Shown piece by piece: positions 8,511 to 18,771 of a stretch of 64,000 nt of DNA (the first letter of the stretch is position 1; every line of letters starts with the position of its first letter). Source of the stretch: an uncultured delta proteobacterium (GTDB lineage Bacteria > Myxococcota > Myxococcia > Myxococcales > Myxococcaceae); assembly GCA_963776345.1 (NCBI GenBank), contig CAVZMH010000022.1, positions 320,001-384,000 of the forward strand, given 5' to 3'. The notes below the pieces were generated by a model. It was not told where the DNA came from. It was given only the letters and a program-made list of their open reading frames with translations, and did no database searches. A program made the position numbers and the translations under genes.

Positions 8511-10788
8511 GTGACTTCCCGCTCCCGCCTCGAGCGCATCTTCGCCCGCATCGTGGCGCTGCGCGTCCCCATCCTGCTCCTCTTCGCCGCTGCTCGTCCC
8601 GGCGGCGGCCGTCCTGGCCATGCGCATCCCCTCGGAGGGAGCCATCTCCGGGCTGGTCATGCGCGACGACCCCGACTGGCTGGCCACCCGCGACTTCCAG
8701 AAGGTCTTCCCCGAGGGGCAGTTCGTGCTGCTGCTGCTCGAGTCGAGCGACCCCTTCCAGCCGGCGGCGCTGGTCGACGCCGACGCGCTGGCGGCGGCGC
8801 TCACCAGGGTGCCCGAGCTGACGGTCGTCTCCGCAGTGGACACCTGGCGGCGCGCCCACCCCGGCTTCGCGCCGACGCCCGAGGGAGCCGAGGCGCTCCG
8901 CCGCTTCGCCACCGGCACCAAGCTCCTGCGCAAGCAGGGGCTGGTCGGCGACCGGTTCCTCGGACTGGTCGTCGGCTTCCCGTCGAAGGGCGCCAGGGCG
9001 CGCGACGGGTGGCTTGCGGCGATCGACCGGGCGGCAGCCACCACGCCGTTCACCGCGGTGACCCAAGTCCGCAAGGTGGGCGCCCCCTACGTGGAGTCCT
9101 GGATCGAGCGGGAGTCGGGGCAGGCGTCGGTCCGCTGGTTCCCGGTCTTTGGCCTGCTGGTGGTCGGGCTGGCGCTCTTCCTCTACCGCTCGGTCCGCTC
9201 GCTGCTGGCGATCCTCGCGGCGCTCGGCACCGCGGTGGCGCTGGCGATGGGGGCGGGCCAGCTGCTCGGCTTCTCCTTCACCGTGGTCTCGGCGGTGGTG
9301 CCGCTCACCGTGATGGTCACGGCGCTGGCGTCGCTGGTCTACCTGCACTCCCGCTTCGTGGACCAGCCGGAGGGCGTGCCCGTCGACGAGCACCAGCTCC
9401 ACGCCCTGGCCAACAAGTTCCTGCCGGTGACCGCCTCCAGCGTGGCTGCGGTGCTGGGTTTCGCCGCGCTGGCGGTGTCGCGCATCCGCCCCATTCGCGA
9501 GATGGGGCTATGGACGGCCGCCGGCCTCGCCATCGGCTGGGTGGTGGCATTCACGCTCTTCCCGGCGCTGCAGAAGCTGCTGCGCACCCCGACCGGCCGC
9601 ACGGTCCCCATCCGCTCCGCGCTCTACGACCGGGTGGCCGAGGGAATCCCCGGCTTCACCTTTCGCTGGCGTTGGCCGCTCCTGGTCGCCTCGCTGACCC
9701 TCTCGGCGGCCGGTCTGGTGGCGCTGTTCGGCATTCCCGGGCGGCTGCCGCCGATGAGGCTGGGCGTCGACTCGCTCGACTACGTCGACCCGGGCCTGCC
9801 GATCCACCGCGACATGGTCTTCTTCCGCGAGCACGTCTCCGGGCTGAACGCCGTCCGGGTCTGGGTCAAGACGGCTCCCGGCGCGGCCGTCGACCCGGAG
9901 GTGCTGCGCGGGCTGGACCGGCTCACCACCAGGGTGGAGGCGCTGCCCGCGGTGTCCTCGGTGGTGGGTCCGACCACGTTCCTGCGCATGCGACGCGCCC
10001 TGGCGGGCCAGGGGGAGGAGCTGCCGCAGGACCCGGCCACCTTCGCCCGGCTGGCCGGCGACGTGGAGCAGCTCCTCCTCAGCCAGCCCGAGCTGCGCGG
10101 CTTCGTCGACGTGGGGACGCTCTCCAACGCCCAGCTCACGGTGCTGCTCGCTCGGGGTACGGAGGCCGACTACCAGGCGCTGGCCCGCGACCTGCGCCGG
10201 GTCTGGGACGAGGTGGTGGCCGGCGACCCCGCCTTCCAGGGCGCCAGCATGCAGGTGGTGGGCGAGTCGATCCTTCAGGCCAAGGTGGGCGCCAGCCTGG
10301 TGCCGACGCTGACCGAGAGCTTCAGTCTCACCGCGGCTCTGATCTTCGCTGCCTTCCTGGTGGTCTTCCGCAGCGCCTCGGCACGGCTGATGGCGATGAT
10401 CCCCTCGGTCTTCGCCATCCTGGTCACCTTCCTCGGAATGCGGCTGCTGGGAGGCTCGCTCAACGTGGCCACCATCCTCATCGCCACCACCGTGCTCGGC
10501 ACGACCGAGAACGACCAGATCCACTTCTTCCACCACCTGCACGAGGGGGAGGGCGCGGGCGGCCTCGACGGGGCGATGCGCCACGCGCTGCGGGTCTCCG
10601 GGCGGGCCATCGTCTTCGCCACCCTGATCAACGCCGCCGGGTTCCTGGGCCTGGCCTTCTCCAGCTTCCCGCCGCTGCGTCAGTTCGGCCTGGTGACCTC
10701 GGCCGCGTTCCTGCTCGCGATGCTCGCCGACTTCACGGCGCTGCCGGGTTCGCTGTGGCTGGTGCGGCGGGAGCGGCCTCTCCGGTAG
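8511..10788 (+). CDS. MMPL/RND family lipid transporter (BstA-like); one frameshift near 8589
   Basis: Two repeats of large loop + 5 TM; IRPIREMGLW, LGTTENDQIHF, FSSFPPLRQFG. First TM starts at GTG 8511 in a different frame from the 8620 ORF. Confidence 0.85.
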
Positions 10789-11923
10789 CGGGCGCGGGGC
10801 GGGAGATCTGGAGGTAGACGGCCTCCAGCTTGGCGACGGAGGCCTCGAGCGTCAGCCCCCGGGCGGCGGCCAGGCTCGCCTGGCGTGCCGCGGCCAGTCG
10901 ATCCGGGTGGTCGATCAGGAAGTCGATCCTGCGGGCCAGCTCCTCGGCGTCGCCGGCGGGGAAACGAAACTCGTCGCCGATCGCCAGCCGGCTCGCGGCG
11001 CTCAGCGGCGCCTCGGCGACCAGCGTCGGGAGGCCGGTGCCGAGCGCCTCGAGCAGCGCCATCCCCTCGAGCTCGACCTCGGCGGCGTGGACCAGGAGAT
11101 CCGCGGAGCGCATCAACGCCGGCATCTCCTCCTCCTCGACGACGCGGATCTCCGCCGGAAGCGGCAGGGTGGCCGACAGGCGCCGCAGCCGGTCCTCCTC
11201 CGGCCCATGTCCGCAGAGGACCAGCTGGATGCGGGCGGCGTGGCGCGAGCGGCGCACCGCCTCGATGATCACCTCGATCCGCTTCTCCCTCGCCAGTCGC
11301 GAGACCGAGAGCACCAGGAACCGGTCGCGGGAGCGCGCCTCGCGCTCGGCCGGCCCGGGACGGAACTGCGGCGGGATCCCGTTGGAGATGATGGTCGCGG
11401 GGACGGTGAGGCCGTGGCGCCGCAGCTGGTCGAGGCCGAAGGCGGTGGGGGACACCACGTGATCGGCGCGGCCGTACAGGGCGGAGATGAAGAAGCGCCA
11501 GGTCCGGTCCACCCACCACTGGGAGTGGACGCCGATGTTGTGGAGCATGTTCTCCGGAAGGAGGTGCGAGGCCGCCACCACCGGCGTCCCCAGCCGGCGC
11601 GCCAGGGTGGTGGCCCGGATGCCGAGCCAGAAGGGGAACTGGACGTGGAGCACGTCGGCGCGTCGCAGCACCGGCTCGAGCACCCGGCGCGAGGGCCAGG
11701 CGAAGATGAAGCCCATCTCCCGCATCACCCGGCCGAAGGGCGGGATGGTGAAGCGTGGCAGCCCGACGCGCCCGTCGCTGCTCTGTCCGCCGGCGATGAC
11801 GGTCACCTCGTGGCGCTCTCGCAGCGCCGCGACGAAGCGCTGCGCGGAGATGACGCCGCCGGTCTTCACGCCGTCGAAGGTGTCGATGGCGTAAGCGATG
11901 TGCAAACGGCGGGGCGTCGGCAT
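10733..11923 (-). CDS. GT4 family glycosyltransferase
   Basis: ADHVVSPT, ISNGI, SVSRLAREKRIE, ELEGMALLEALGTGLP; 3' end overlaps the convergent MMPL gene by 56 bp. Confidence 0.9.
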   Translation of the reverse strand: MPTPRRLHIAYAIDTFDGVKTGGVISAQRFVAALRERHEVTVIAGGQSSDGRVGLPRFTIPPFGRVMREMGFIFAWPSRRVLEPVLRRADVLHVQFPFWLGIRATTLARRLGTPVVAASHLLPENMLHNIGVHSQWWVDRTWRFFISALYGRADHVVSPTAFGLDQLRRHGLTVPATIISNGIPPQFRPGPAEREARSRDRFLVLSVSRLAREKRIEVIIEAVRRSRHAARIQLVLCGHGPEEDRLRRLSATLPLPAEIRVVEEEEMPALMRSADLLVHAAEVELEGMALLEALGTGLPTLVAEAPLSAASRLAIGDEFRFPAGDAEELARRIDFLIDHPDRLAAARQASLAAARGLTLEASVAKLEAVYLQISRPAPATGEAAPAAPATANPAAP

Positions 11924-12066
11924 GGCGGCTGACTATAGCCGCGCGTCCGCCGGGCTGGCCGGGAGTGTCAGCTCCGCGGGTCCCTCATCCAGGTGCGCGG
12001 CCGCTCTCACGTACCCTGGCACCCGGGCAAGCCGCTACGCTGCACTCCTTCGAGGGAGCGTCTGCC

Positions 12067-14541
12067 ATGGGCGAGCCGAAGGATGGGGGCAGCGAGATGG
12101 GCATGGAGGACACCCTCCCGCTGCTGAAGCCGGAAGGCTTCGTGAACCCGGCCTCGCCCGAGGAGGCGCGCGCGACTCCGGGGGAGATTGGCCCCTACCG
12201 GCTCCTCGAACCGATCGGCGAGGGGGGAATGGGCGAGGTCTGGCTCGCCGAGCAGCTTCAGCCCGTCCGCCGCCGCGTGGCAGTCAAGCTGATCAAGGCC
12301 GGCCTTGACACCCGGCAGGTCATCGCCCGCTTCGAGTCCGAGCGCCAAACCCTGGCGCTCCTGGACCATCCCGCCATCGCCCGGGTCATCGACGCAGGGA
12401 GCACGGCCGAAGGCCGGCCGTACTTCGTGATGGAATACGTGGACGGAGTCCGGCTCAACCTCTACTGCGACACGCACCGGCTCTCGACCCGTGAGCGGCT
12501 GGAGCTGTTCTGCCAGGTCTGCGACGCCGTTCAGTACGCCCACCAGAAGGCGATCATTCACCGCGACCTGAAGCCCTCGAACATCCTGGTCAGCGAGATC
12601 GACGGCAGGCCGCAGCCGAAGATCATCGACTTCGGCATCGCCAAGGCCGCGAGCGGCCAGCAGCTCACCGGCCATACCTTCCTCACCGAGGTGGGAGCGA
12701 TGCTCGGAACACCCGAGTACATGAGCCCGGAGCAGGCGGACCCCGGTGGCCCGGAGGTGGACACCCGCACCGACGTCTACTCGCTCGGTGTCGTGCTCTA
12801 TGAGCTGCTGACCGGCGAGCTGCCCTTCCCGCCGGAGGAGCTCCGGAGCGGGAGCCGCGAGGAGCTGCGACGTCGAATTCGCGAGGTCGATCCTCCCCGG
12901 CCGAGCACCAAGGTGACCACGCTCGGAGCGCGAGCCTCCGACAATGCGGTGGCACGGAGCACCGAGATCGGCGGACTCGCCCGGATACTCCGGGGAGACC
13001 TCGACGCCATCATCCTCAAGGCGCTGGAAAAGGATCGTGCGCGGCGGTACGGCACCGCCTCGGAGCTCGCGGCGGACATCCAGCGGCACCTCCGACACGA
13101 GCCCGTGCTGGCGCGGGCGCCGAGCGCCTCCTACCGGGTGGCGCGCTACGTCCGGCGTCACCGGGTCGGCGTGGCCATCGCCGCCGGGCTGGTCCTGCTC
13201 CTGCTCGGATTCGCCACCAGCACGGCAGTGCAGGCAAGACGGATCGCCCGCGAGCGAGATCGAGCGAATGCCGCGCTGGAGACCGCGCGCCGAGAGGCTG
13301 CTGCATCCCGACGGGTCACCGATTTCCTGACCGGCATGTTCAAGGTGTCGGACCCTAGCGAGGCGCGCGGAAACAGCATCACCGCCCGCGAGCTGCTCGA
13401 TCGCGCATCGAAGGACGTGGAGACGGGGCTGGCGGGGGACCCGGAGCTCCAGGCCAGGATGATGGACACCATGGGCGGGGTGTACGCCACCCTGGGACTC
13501 TACCCACGCGCGGTGGAGCTCCTGAAGCAGGCGGTCGCCGTCCGCACGCGCGTCCTCGGGGTGGATCACCCCGACACCCTCCGGTCGTCCAGCAAGCTCG
13601 GGACGACCTATACCCGCAGCGCCCGCTATCCCGAGGCCGAGCGCGTGCTCACCGACGCGCTCGAGCGCAGCCGACGGGTGAACGGGCCGGACCATCCGGA
13701 CACCCTGGGGATGCTCGGGAACCTCGGAGCCCTGGCCATGTTCCAGGGCAAGTTCGCACATGCCGAGGAGCTCGATCGCCAGGTCCTGGAAGGACGTCGC
13801 CGGGTGCTCGGGGCCGAGCATCCCGACACCCTCACCGCGATGAACAACCTGGCGCTGGTCGTGGCTGACCAGGGCCGTCTGGAGGAGGCGGAGCCGTTGC
13901 ACCGACAGGTCCTCGGGGTGCGAACGCGAGCGCTGGGAAGCGAGCATCCGGACACACTCGCCTCGATGAACAACCTGGGGTTGCTGCTCCGGAACCAGGG
14001 CCGGGCGGCGGAGGCCGAGGCGCTCTTCCGACAGACCGTCGAGATCCGGCTGCGGGTGCTGGGCCCGGAGCATCCCGATACCCTCGGCTCGGTCAGCAAT
14101 CTCGCCAACACGCTCATGGACCAGCACCGCGCGGCCGAAGCCGAGAAGCTCTACCGGGAGACGCTGGCCATCGAACAGCGGGTGCTGGGGCCGGACCACC
14201 CGAACACCTTCCTCGCCACCATGGGACTGGCCGCGGCCCTCACTGAGCAGGGACGCCGGAGGGAGGCGGAGGCGCTCGACCGCGCGCTCTGGAAGGCCCA
14301 GCAGCGCGTCCTCGGGCCGACGCATCCGCAGACCGCGATGACCGAGTACAACCTGGCCGGCCTCGCGGCGCTGGACGGAAGGATGCAGGAGGGTCTCGGC
14401 TTGCTCCGGGACTCGCTGGAGCACCACCTCCCGCCGTACATCGCACGGGAGATGGGGAACGATCCGGATCTCAAGGCCTTCCACGGAAACCAGCAGTTCG
14501 AGGCGCTGGTCGCGTCGGTGAAGAAGCGCGAGGCAAGGTGA
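12067..14541 (+). CDS. Ser/Thr protein kinase with TM and C-terminal TPR repeats
   Basis: IGEGGMGEV, VAVK, HRDLKPSN, DFG, GTPEYMSPEQ; TM; repeated RVLGxEHPDTL TPRs. Confidence 0.95.
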   Translation: MGEPKDGGSEMGMEDTLPLLKPEGFVNPASPEEARATPGEIGPYRLLEPIGEGGMGEVWLAEQLQPVRRRVAVKLIKAGLDTRQVIARFESERQTLALLDHPAIARVIDAGSTAEGRPYFVMEYVDGVRLNLYCDTHRLSTRERLELFCQVCDAVQYAHQKAIIHRDLKPSNILVSEIDGRPQPKIIDFGIAKAASGQQLTGHTFLTEVGAMLGTPEYMSPEQADPGGPEVDTRTDVYSLGVVLYELLTGELPFPPEELRSGSREELRRRIREVDPPRPSTKVTTLGARASDNAVARSTEIGGLARILRGDLDAIILKALEKDRARRYGTASELAADIQRHLRHEPVLARAPSASYRVARYVRRHRVGVAIAAGLVLLLLGFATSTAVQARRIARERDRANAALETARREAAASRRVTDFLTGMFKVSDPSEARGNSITARELLDRASKDVETGLAGDPELQARMMDTMGGVYATLGLYPRAVELLKQAVAVRTRVLGVDHPDTLRSSSKLGTTYTRSARYPEAERVLTDALERSRRVNGPDHPDTLGMLGNLGALAMFQGKFAHAEELDRQVLEGRRRVLGAEHPDTLTAMNNLALVVADQGRLEEAEPLHRQVLGVRTRALGSEHPDTLASMNNLGLLLRNQGRAAEAEALFRQTVEIRLRVLGPEHPDTLGSVSNLANTLMDQHRAAEAEKLYRETLAIEQRVLGPDHPNTFLATMGLAAALTEQGRRREAEALDRALWKAQQRVLGPTHPQTAMTEYNLAGLAALDGRMQEGLGLLRDSLEHHLPPYIAREMGNDPDLKAFHGNQQFEALVASVKKREAR

Positions 14542-14562
14542 TGGTCGTAGGATGGCTGGAGG

Positions 14563-15162
14563 ATGCTCGTCGACGACTTTCTTCCGGTGTACGAGGTCTC
14601 GGATTCGGTGGCCACCACGGTCCAGGCCGACGTGGCGAGGACCTGGGACGCGCTGATGGCCGTCGACCTGATCGAGGTCGGGCGGCGCCACCCGCTGGTG
14701 GGCGTCCTCGGGGCGCTCCGGGCGCTGCCGGACCTCGCTGCTCACCTGCTGCACGGCGAAGCGCCTCCGGCAGCACCGAAGACCCTCAGGCTGCGTGATG
14801 CCGCGAGCCTGCCAGCCGACCAGGGAGGCTGGGTTCTTCTCGGGGAGAGGCCGCTCGAGGAGATCGCGATGGGGATGGTCGGCAAGCTCTGGCGACCGGT
14901 GATCGCGTTTACCAAGGTCAGCCCTGAGGACTTCCGCGACTTCAACGCGCCCGGGTGGGCGAAGACGGTGTACTCGCTGTCGGTGCGCGTCCTGGACGAG
15001 AGGCGAACCCTGCTCTCCGGAACGATGCGAACTGCCACCACCGACGATCAGGCTCGCCGGTGGTTCAGGCGGTACTGGACGCTCGGAGTGGGTTCCGGCG
15101 CGCACGTCCTGGTCAACGGCCTTCTCGACGTGACGCGCGAGATGGCGGAGCGATCCGGCTGA
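14563..15162 (+). CDS. Conserved hypothetical protein
   Basis: GGAGG upstream; LVDDFLPVYE...GMVGKLWRP...ATTDDQARRWFRRYW pattern; good codon usage. Confidence 0.7.
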   Translation: MLVDDFLPVYEVSDSVATTVQADVARTWDALMAVDLIEVGRRHPLVGVLGALRALPDLAAHLLHGEAPPAAPKTLRLRDAASLPADQGGWVLLGERPLEEIAMGMVGKLWRPVIAFTKVSPEDFRDFNAPGWAKTVYSLSVRVLDERRTLLSGTMRTATTDDQARRWFRRYWTLGVGSGAHVLVNGLLDVTREMAERSG

Positions 15163-15179
15163 ACCCGGGGCGCCGCGAG

Positions 15180-15989
15180 TCAGCGGCCTGCGACCAGCTC
15201 CACCATCTCGCGCCACCGCTCGAGCGCCGGCTTCCACTCGATGGAGTTGTGGGTCGCCCGCTCGTCCACCCACAGGCGCTTCTTCCCGGGGTAGGCCTCG
15301 AAGAGCGCCCGGCCGAGATCCGCGAAGGTGACCTCGTCGCGCCCGGCCACCAGGAACGCCACCGGGCCGCCGTAGCGCGGCAGCGCCAGGTCGGCTCGCC
15401 AGCCGTCGCGGAGGAATCCCCCGGGCACGAAGGGATAGTGCCGCCGGGCGACAGCGGGCACGCTCGCGAGCGGGGTCACGAGGAGGAGGCCCGTGACCTC
15501 GCCGGGCGACTCCGCGGCGGCGAGCGCCGCGACGGCCGAACCGAGGGACTCGCCGGCGAGCAGGACCGGGCCGGGGTTCGCCCGCCGGGCCTCGCGCACC
15601 GCCTCGAGGGCGGCGGCGAGGAGCGACGCCTGCGCCGGCGAGCCCGGGCGCGGGCCGTAACCGGGGTACTCGACGAGCACGACGTCGAGCGGCAGGTCCG
15701 GGCTCGCGCGCGCGAAGACGTCCACGAAGTACCCGCGGTCGAGCGCCGAGCCGGCGTTCCCGTGGAAGACGAGCAGCGTGCCGCGCGCGCCCGGCCTCGC
15801 CGCGCGCCAGCCCAGGAAGGTGCCCGCGGGCGCCCAGGCCTCGAGCCCGAGGGCAGCGGCGGGGCGGAGCGCACGCTCGAGGTCGTACCGGTCCGGGAAG
15901 TAGAGCAGCCGGCGCTGGCCGAGCCAGGCGAGCGCGATCGCGGCGATGAGCAGGGCCGCGACGGCCGCGAGGAGGCGGAGCGGGGACAC
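15180..15989 (-). CDS. Alpha/beta hydrolase with N-terminal membrane anchor
   Basis: QRRLLYFP, FHGNAGS, EYPGYG, GESLG nucleophile elbow, AGRDEV, ATHN. Confidence 0.9.
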   Translation of the reverse strand: MSPLRLLAAVAALLIAAIALAWLGQRRLLYFPDRYDLERALRPAAALGLEAWAPAGTFLGWRAARPGARGTLLVFHGNAGSALDRGYFVDVFARASPDLPLDVVLVEYPGYGPRPGSPAQASLLAAALEAVREARRANPGPVLLAGESLGSAVAALAAAESPGEVTGLLLVTPLASVPAVARRHYPFVPGGFLRDGWRADLALPRYGGPVAFLVAGRDEVTFADLGRALFEAYPGKKRLWVDERATHNSIEWKPALERWREMVELVAGR

Positions 15990-16069
15990 GGGGAGACGGT
16001 AGCGCCCGCTGGCGTCCGCCGTCGAACAGGCGAGACGTCTGCGGTGAGCAGGCCGCGCCGTGGCGGACG

Positions 16070-17152
16070 TCAGTAGACGCCGGGAATGACGCGGAACGGG
16101 ACGCGACGGCAGTATTCCGTCCAGAGCGCGCCGTACTTCCGCGCGCACCGGCGATCGTCGTCCGCCTGGCGGGGCAGGAGGAGCGCCACGTAGTAGAGCG
16201 GATAGAGCCAGGGCCACGGGTCGAGCGGCCACCCCAGGGCCAGCGTGAGCCCGATGGCCATCGAGATCTCGCCCAGGTAGTTGATGTGCCGCGAGAGCCC
16301 CCAGAAGCCGTTGCACAGGAGGCGATGCTCCCCGTCGGAGAGGGCCCGCGGCGCGAGCACGCCGAGGAGCTTCGCCTCGGGGTGGGTCTTGAAGAGGAAT
16401 TTTTGCAGATTCGCGCCGCGCGAGAGCGACCAGCCGACGAAGAACACCCCTGCGGCGAGGAGGAGCAGTGCGACCGGCGCGTGCGGGTCGGGCTGGCGCG
16501 CCACCGACCAGAGCCCGATGCAGTAGAAGTACGGATAGAAGGCCATGCAGCCCCAGCCGAGCTTGAAGCCCACGCGCTCGGCGACGAAGTCGTAGGTGTA
16601 GAGGTGCACCTCCTCGAAGAGGAGGTACTCGAGGACGAAGAAGGTGAACAGCGCGGCGTGGAGGATGACGCCCGGTGAGGCCTGCCCCGGGTGCGCCAGC
16701 GCCTGGTGCGCCGCGAACGACAGGACGTTGAGCTCGAGCTGCACCGCTCCGATCAGGTAGAGGAACATCTTGGCGTCGACCCGTGCGCCACGGCGGCCCG
16801 CCCCCCACTGCGGATTCTCGCGGCGGCCGAGATACAGGTCCGCGACGAAGGATCTTCCGGTCGGCGACGCGCCGAGGACGATGGCCAGGGTGAACAGCAG
16901 GCCGAGTGTGCAGGCGCCGGCGAGCCCCTCCCAGCGGTGCTCCCAGAAGAAGTCCCAGCCGATGACGCCCCGGTGCGCAGCGGCGGCGTAGAGCGCGAGC
17001 ACCACCAGCAGGACGGGGAGGCCGTTGAGGCGATAGCGCAGCGGCCTTCCGTCGGCGTCGCGCACGTACCCCGAGACATGGCGCGCCGGGACGATGATGT
17101 GGAGCGTGAACACCGCCGCGTAGACCATCCAGGGCGAGAAGAATCCGAGCAT
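16070..17152 (-). CDS. ERG4/ERG24 family sterol reductase
   Basis: YRLNG, ERVGFKLGWG, ANLQKFLFK, LLCNGFWGLSRHINYLGE, RQADDDRRCARKYG, YCRRVPFRVIPGVY; TGATG coupling to upstream SDR. Confidence 0.9.
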   Translation of the reverse strand: MLGFFSPWMVYAAVFTLHIIVPARHVSGYVRDADGRPLRYRLNGLPVLLVVLALYAAAAHRGVIGWDFFWEHRWEGLAGACTLGLLFTLAIVLGASPTGRSFVADLYLGRRENPQWGAGRRGARVDAKMFLYLIGAVQLELNVLSFAAHQALAHPGQASPGVILHAALFTFFVLEYLLFEEVHLYTYDFVAERVGFKLGWGCMAFYPYFYCIGLWSVARQPDPHAPVALLLLAAGVFFVGWSLSRGANLQKFLFKTHPEAKLLGVLAPRALSDGEHRLLCNGFWGLSRHINYLGEISMAIGLTLALGWPLDPWPWLYPLYYVALLLPRQADDDRRCARKYGALWTEYCRRVPFRVIPGVY

Positions 17153-17943
17153 CACTCGAGCCCCGACACCGACTTGCCCATGATCCCGATGGCGGTGGTC
17201 CGCGGCGCGAGGCGGCGCAGCACGAAGCTGGCGAGCTTGTTCACGCCGCCGGGAATCACCAGCGGCCTCCGTCCGAGCGCGGCGAGGGTCTGCTCGACGA
17301 CCTCGGAGGCGTCGAGCGTCCCCGGCGCCTCTTTCTTCAGGGCATTGGCGTACCCCGGCGTGCGGATCGCCCCGGCGCAGCTGGCGACGACGTCGACTCC
17401 CTTCGGCGCGAGCTCCGCCCACAGGCTCTCGCCGAGGACGGTGATGAAGGCCTTGCTCGCAGCGTAGGCGGCGAGCCTCGGCGAGCCCTGGAAGCCGGCG
17501 AGGGACGACATGAGGACCAGCGCTCCACGCCTCCGTGCGACCATCGCCGGCACCAGCCCGTGCACGAAGCGGAGTGGGCCGCGCACGTTCACGTCGACGA
17601 CGCGCAGCGCGTCCTCGAGCGGGCGGTCGAGGAGCGGTGCGACGAACGAGTAGGCGGCGTTGTAGACCGCCACCCCCACCTCCAGGTCCGAGCACACTTC
17701 GCCAAGGCGTGCGAAGGACGCTGCATCGGCGAGGTCGGAGGCGATGGGTCGAACGTCGACGCCATGGCGCGCGCGGAGATCCGCCGCCGTCGTCTCCAGC
17801 ACCTCCGCGCGCCGCGCCAGGAGCACCAGGCCCATGCCGCGCGCCGCGAGCGCCTCGGCAAATGCCGCACCTAGGCCCTCCGAGGCTCCGGCGACGACGG
17901 CCCAGCGGCCATAGCGTTCGACGAACGAACCGCGGAGGGGCAT
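17152..17943 (-). CDS. SDR family oxidoreductase
   Basis: RYGRWAVVAGASEGLG Rossmann motif, YNAA, catalytic S and YAASK. Confidence 0.9.
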   Translation of the reverse strand: MPLRGSFVERYGRWAVVAGASEGLGAAFAEALAARGMGLVLLARRAEVLETTAADLRARHGVDVRPIASDLADAASFARLGEVCSDLEVGVAVYNAAYSFVAPLLDRPLEDALRVVDVNVRGPLRFVHGLVPAMVARRRGALVLMSSLAGFQGSPRLAAYAASKAFITVLGESLWAELAPKGVDVVASCAGAIRTPGYANALKKEAPGTLDASEVVEQTLAALGRRPLVIPGGVNKLASFVLRRLAPRTTAIGIMGKSVSGLE

Positions 17944-17964
17944 GGGCTCGGAGCTTAGCCCCGA

Positions 17965-18657
17965 TCACTTCTGGAAGCTGACCAGCTCCATCCCCGGCGA
18001 GATGGCGCCATCGTCGGCGACCGTCTGCGACTTCACCAGGCCGACCCCCTCTGCGATCCACATCGTGCTCTTCACGTTCATCGTCCCGAACCCAGCCTTG
18101 GCCATCTTCGCGGCGTTCGGTCCGGACATGGTGCTCTTCATCTCCATCACCGAATCGATCCTCAGCGCCTGGTAGTCGCCCGCAGGCACCTTGACCCGCT
18201 CCTTTGCCACCACCTTGCTGGTGGAGCTGGTCTCGGTGTGCACCGTCATGTTCGGCGCCTCGCTCTCGCTCGTCGTGCCGGAAGCCCAGGTGCCCCCGAC
18301 CTTCATCTGACTCAACGGTCCGAACTGCGCTCCAGTCCGGGAGATGATCCTGGTCCTGGCGGCGTGATCGGCGTCGGTGGAGTATCCCTGTGCCGTGCAT
18401 TCGCCGTGCACCACCGTCGATACGGGTGCACTCCCCCCGGGGATGCTGGTGGTGACTTCCCAGGTGAAGTGGTTTCCCTCGACCTTGGAGACGACCATCG
18501 TCACCTGCATGCCAGCCGCGGGGTAGGCGTAGACCAGCTTCTGGCCCTGCTTGATGGGGAAGTACGGGTGGTCACAGGTGCCGGCGGAGGCCGGTGAGGT
18601 CGCCAGCGTGACCACGGCGACGGTGAGCGCCGCGAGCGAGAGACGGGTCGGATGCAT
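17965..18657 (-). CDS. Secreted beta-rich hypothetical protein
   Basis: Signal peptide; HPYFPIKQG, KERVKVPAGDY, WIAEGVGLVK (DUF3108-like pattern). Confidence 0.7.
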   Translation of the reverse strand: MHPTRLSLAALTVAVVTLATSPASAGTCDHPYFPIKQGQKLVYAYPAAGMQVTMVVSKVEGNHFTWEVTTSIPGGSAPVSTVVHGECTAQGYSTDADHAARTRIISRTGAQFGPLSQMKVGGTWASGTTSESEAPNMTVHTETSSTSKVVAKERVKVPAGDYQALRIDSVMEMKSTMSGPNAAKMAKAGFGTMNVKSTMWIAEGVGLVKSQTVADDGAISPGMELVSFQK

Positions 18658-18771
18658 GGAACTCCACTTAAGGACGGTGGGCAGCAGCGGCGGACCCTAC
18701 GCTCTCGCACGGGATACGCCAGCGACGCCGGGACCTAGACGTCGACCGTCGTCCGGAGGATGTTGCCACGC

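Noticed and set aside
6954..10817. Very long alternative-frame ORFs (1287 aa here; also 47979-52157, 12007-15273, 33645-36392)
   Set aside because: Arg/Gly/Pro-rich shadow ORFs expected in high-GC DNA, overlapping genes with clear motifs; only 8511-8589 of this one is likely real.
13540..14340. Periodic DNA repeats in the kinase 3' half (and in the RCC1 gene)
   Set aside because: Explained by protein-level TPR and RCC1 repeats.
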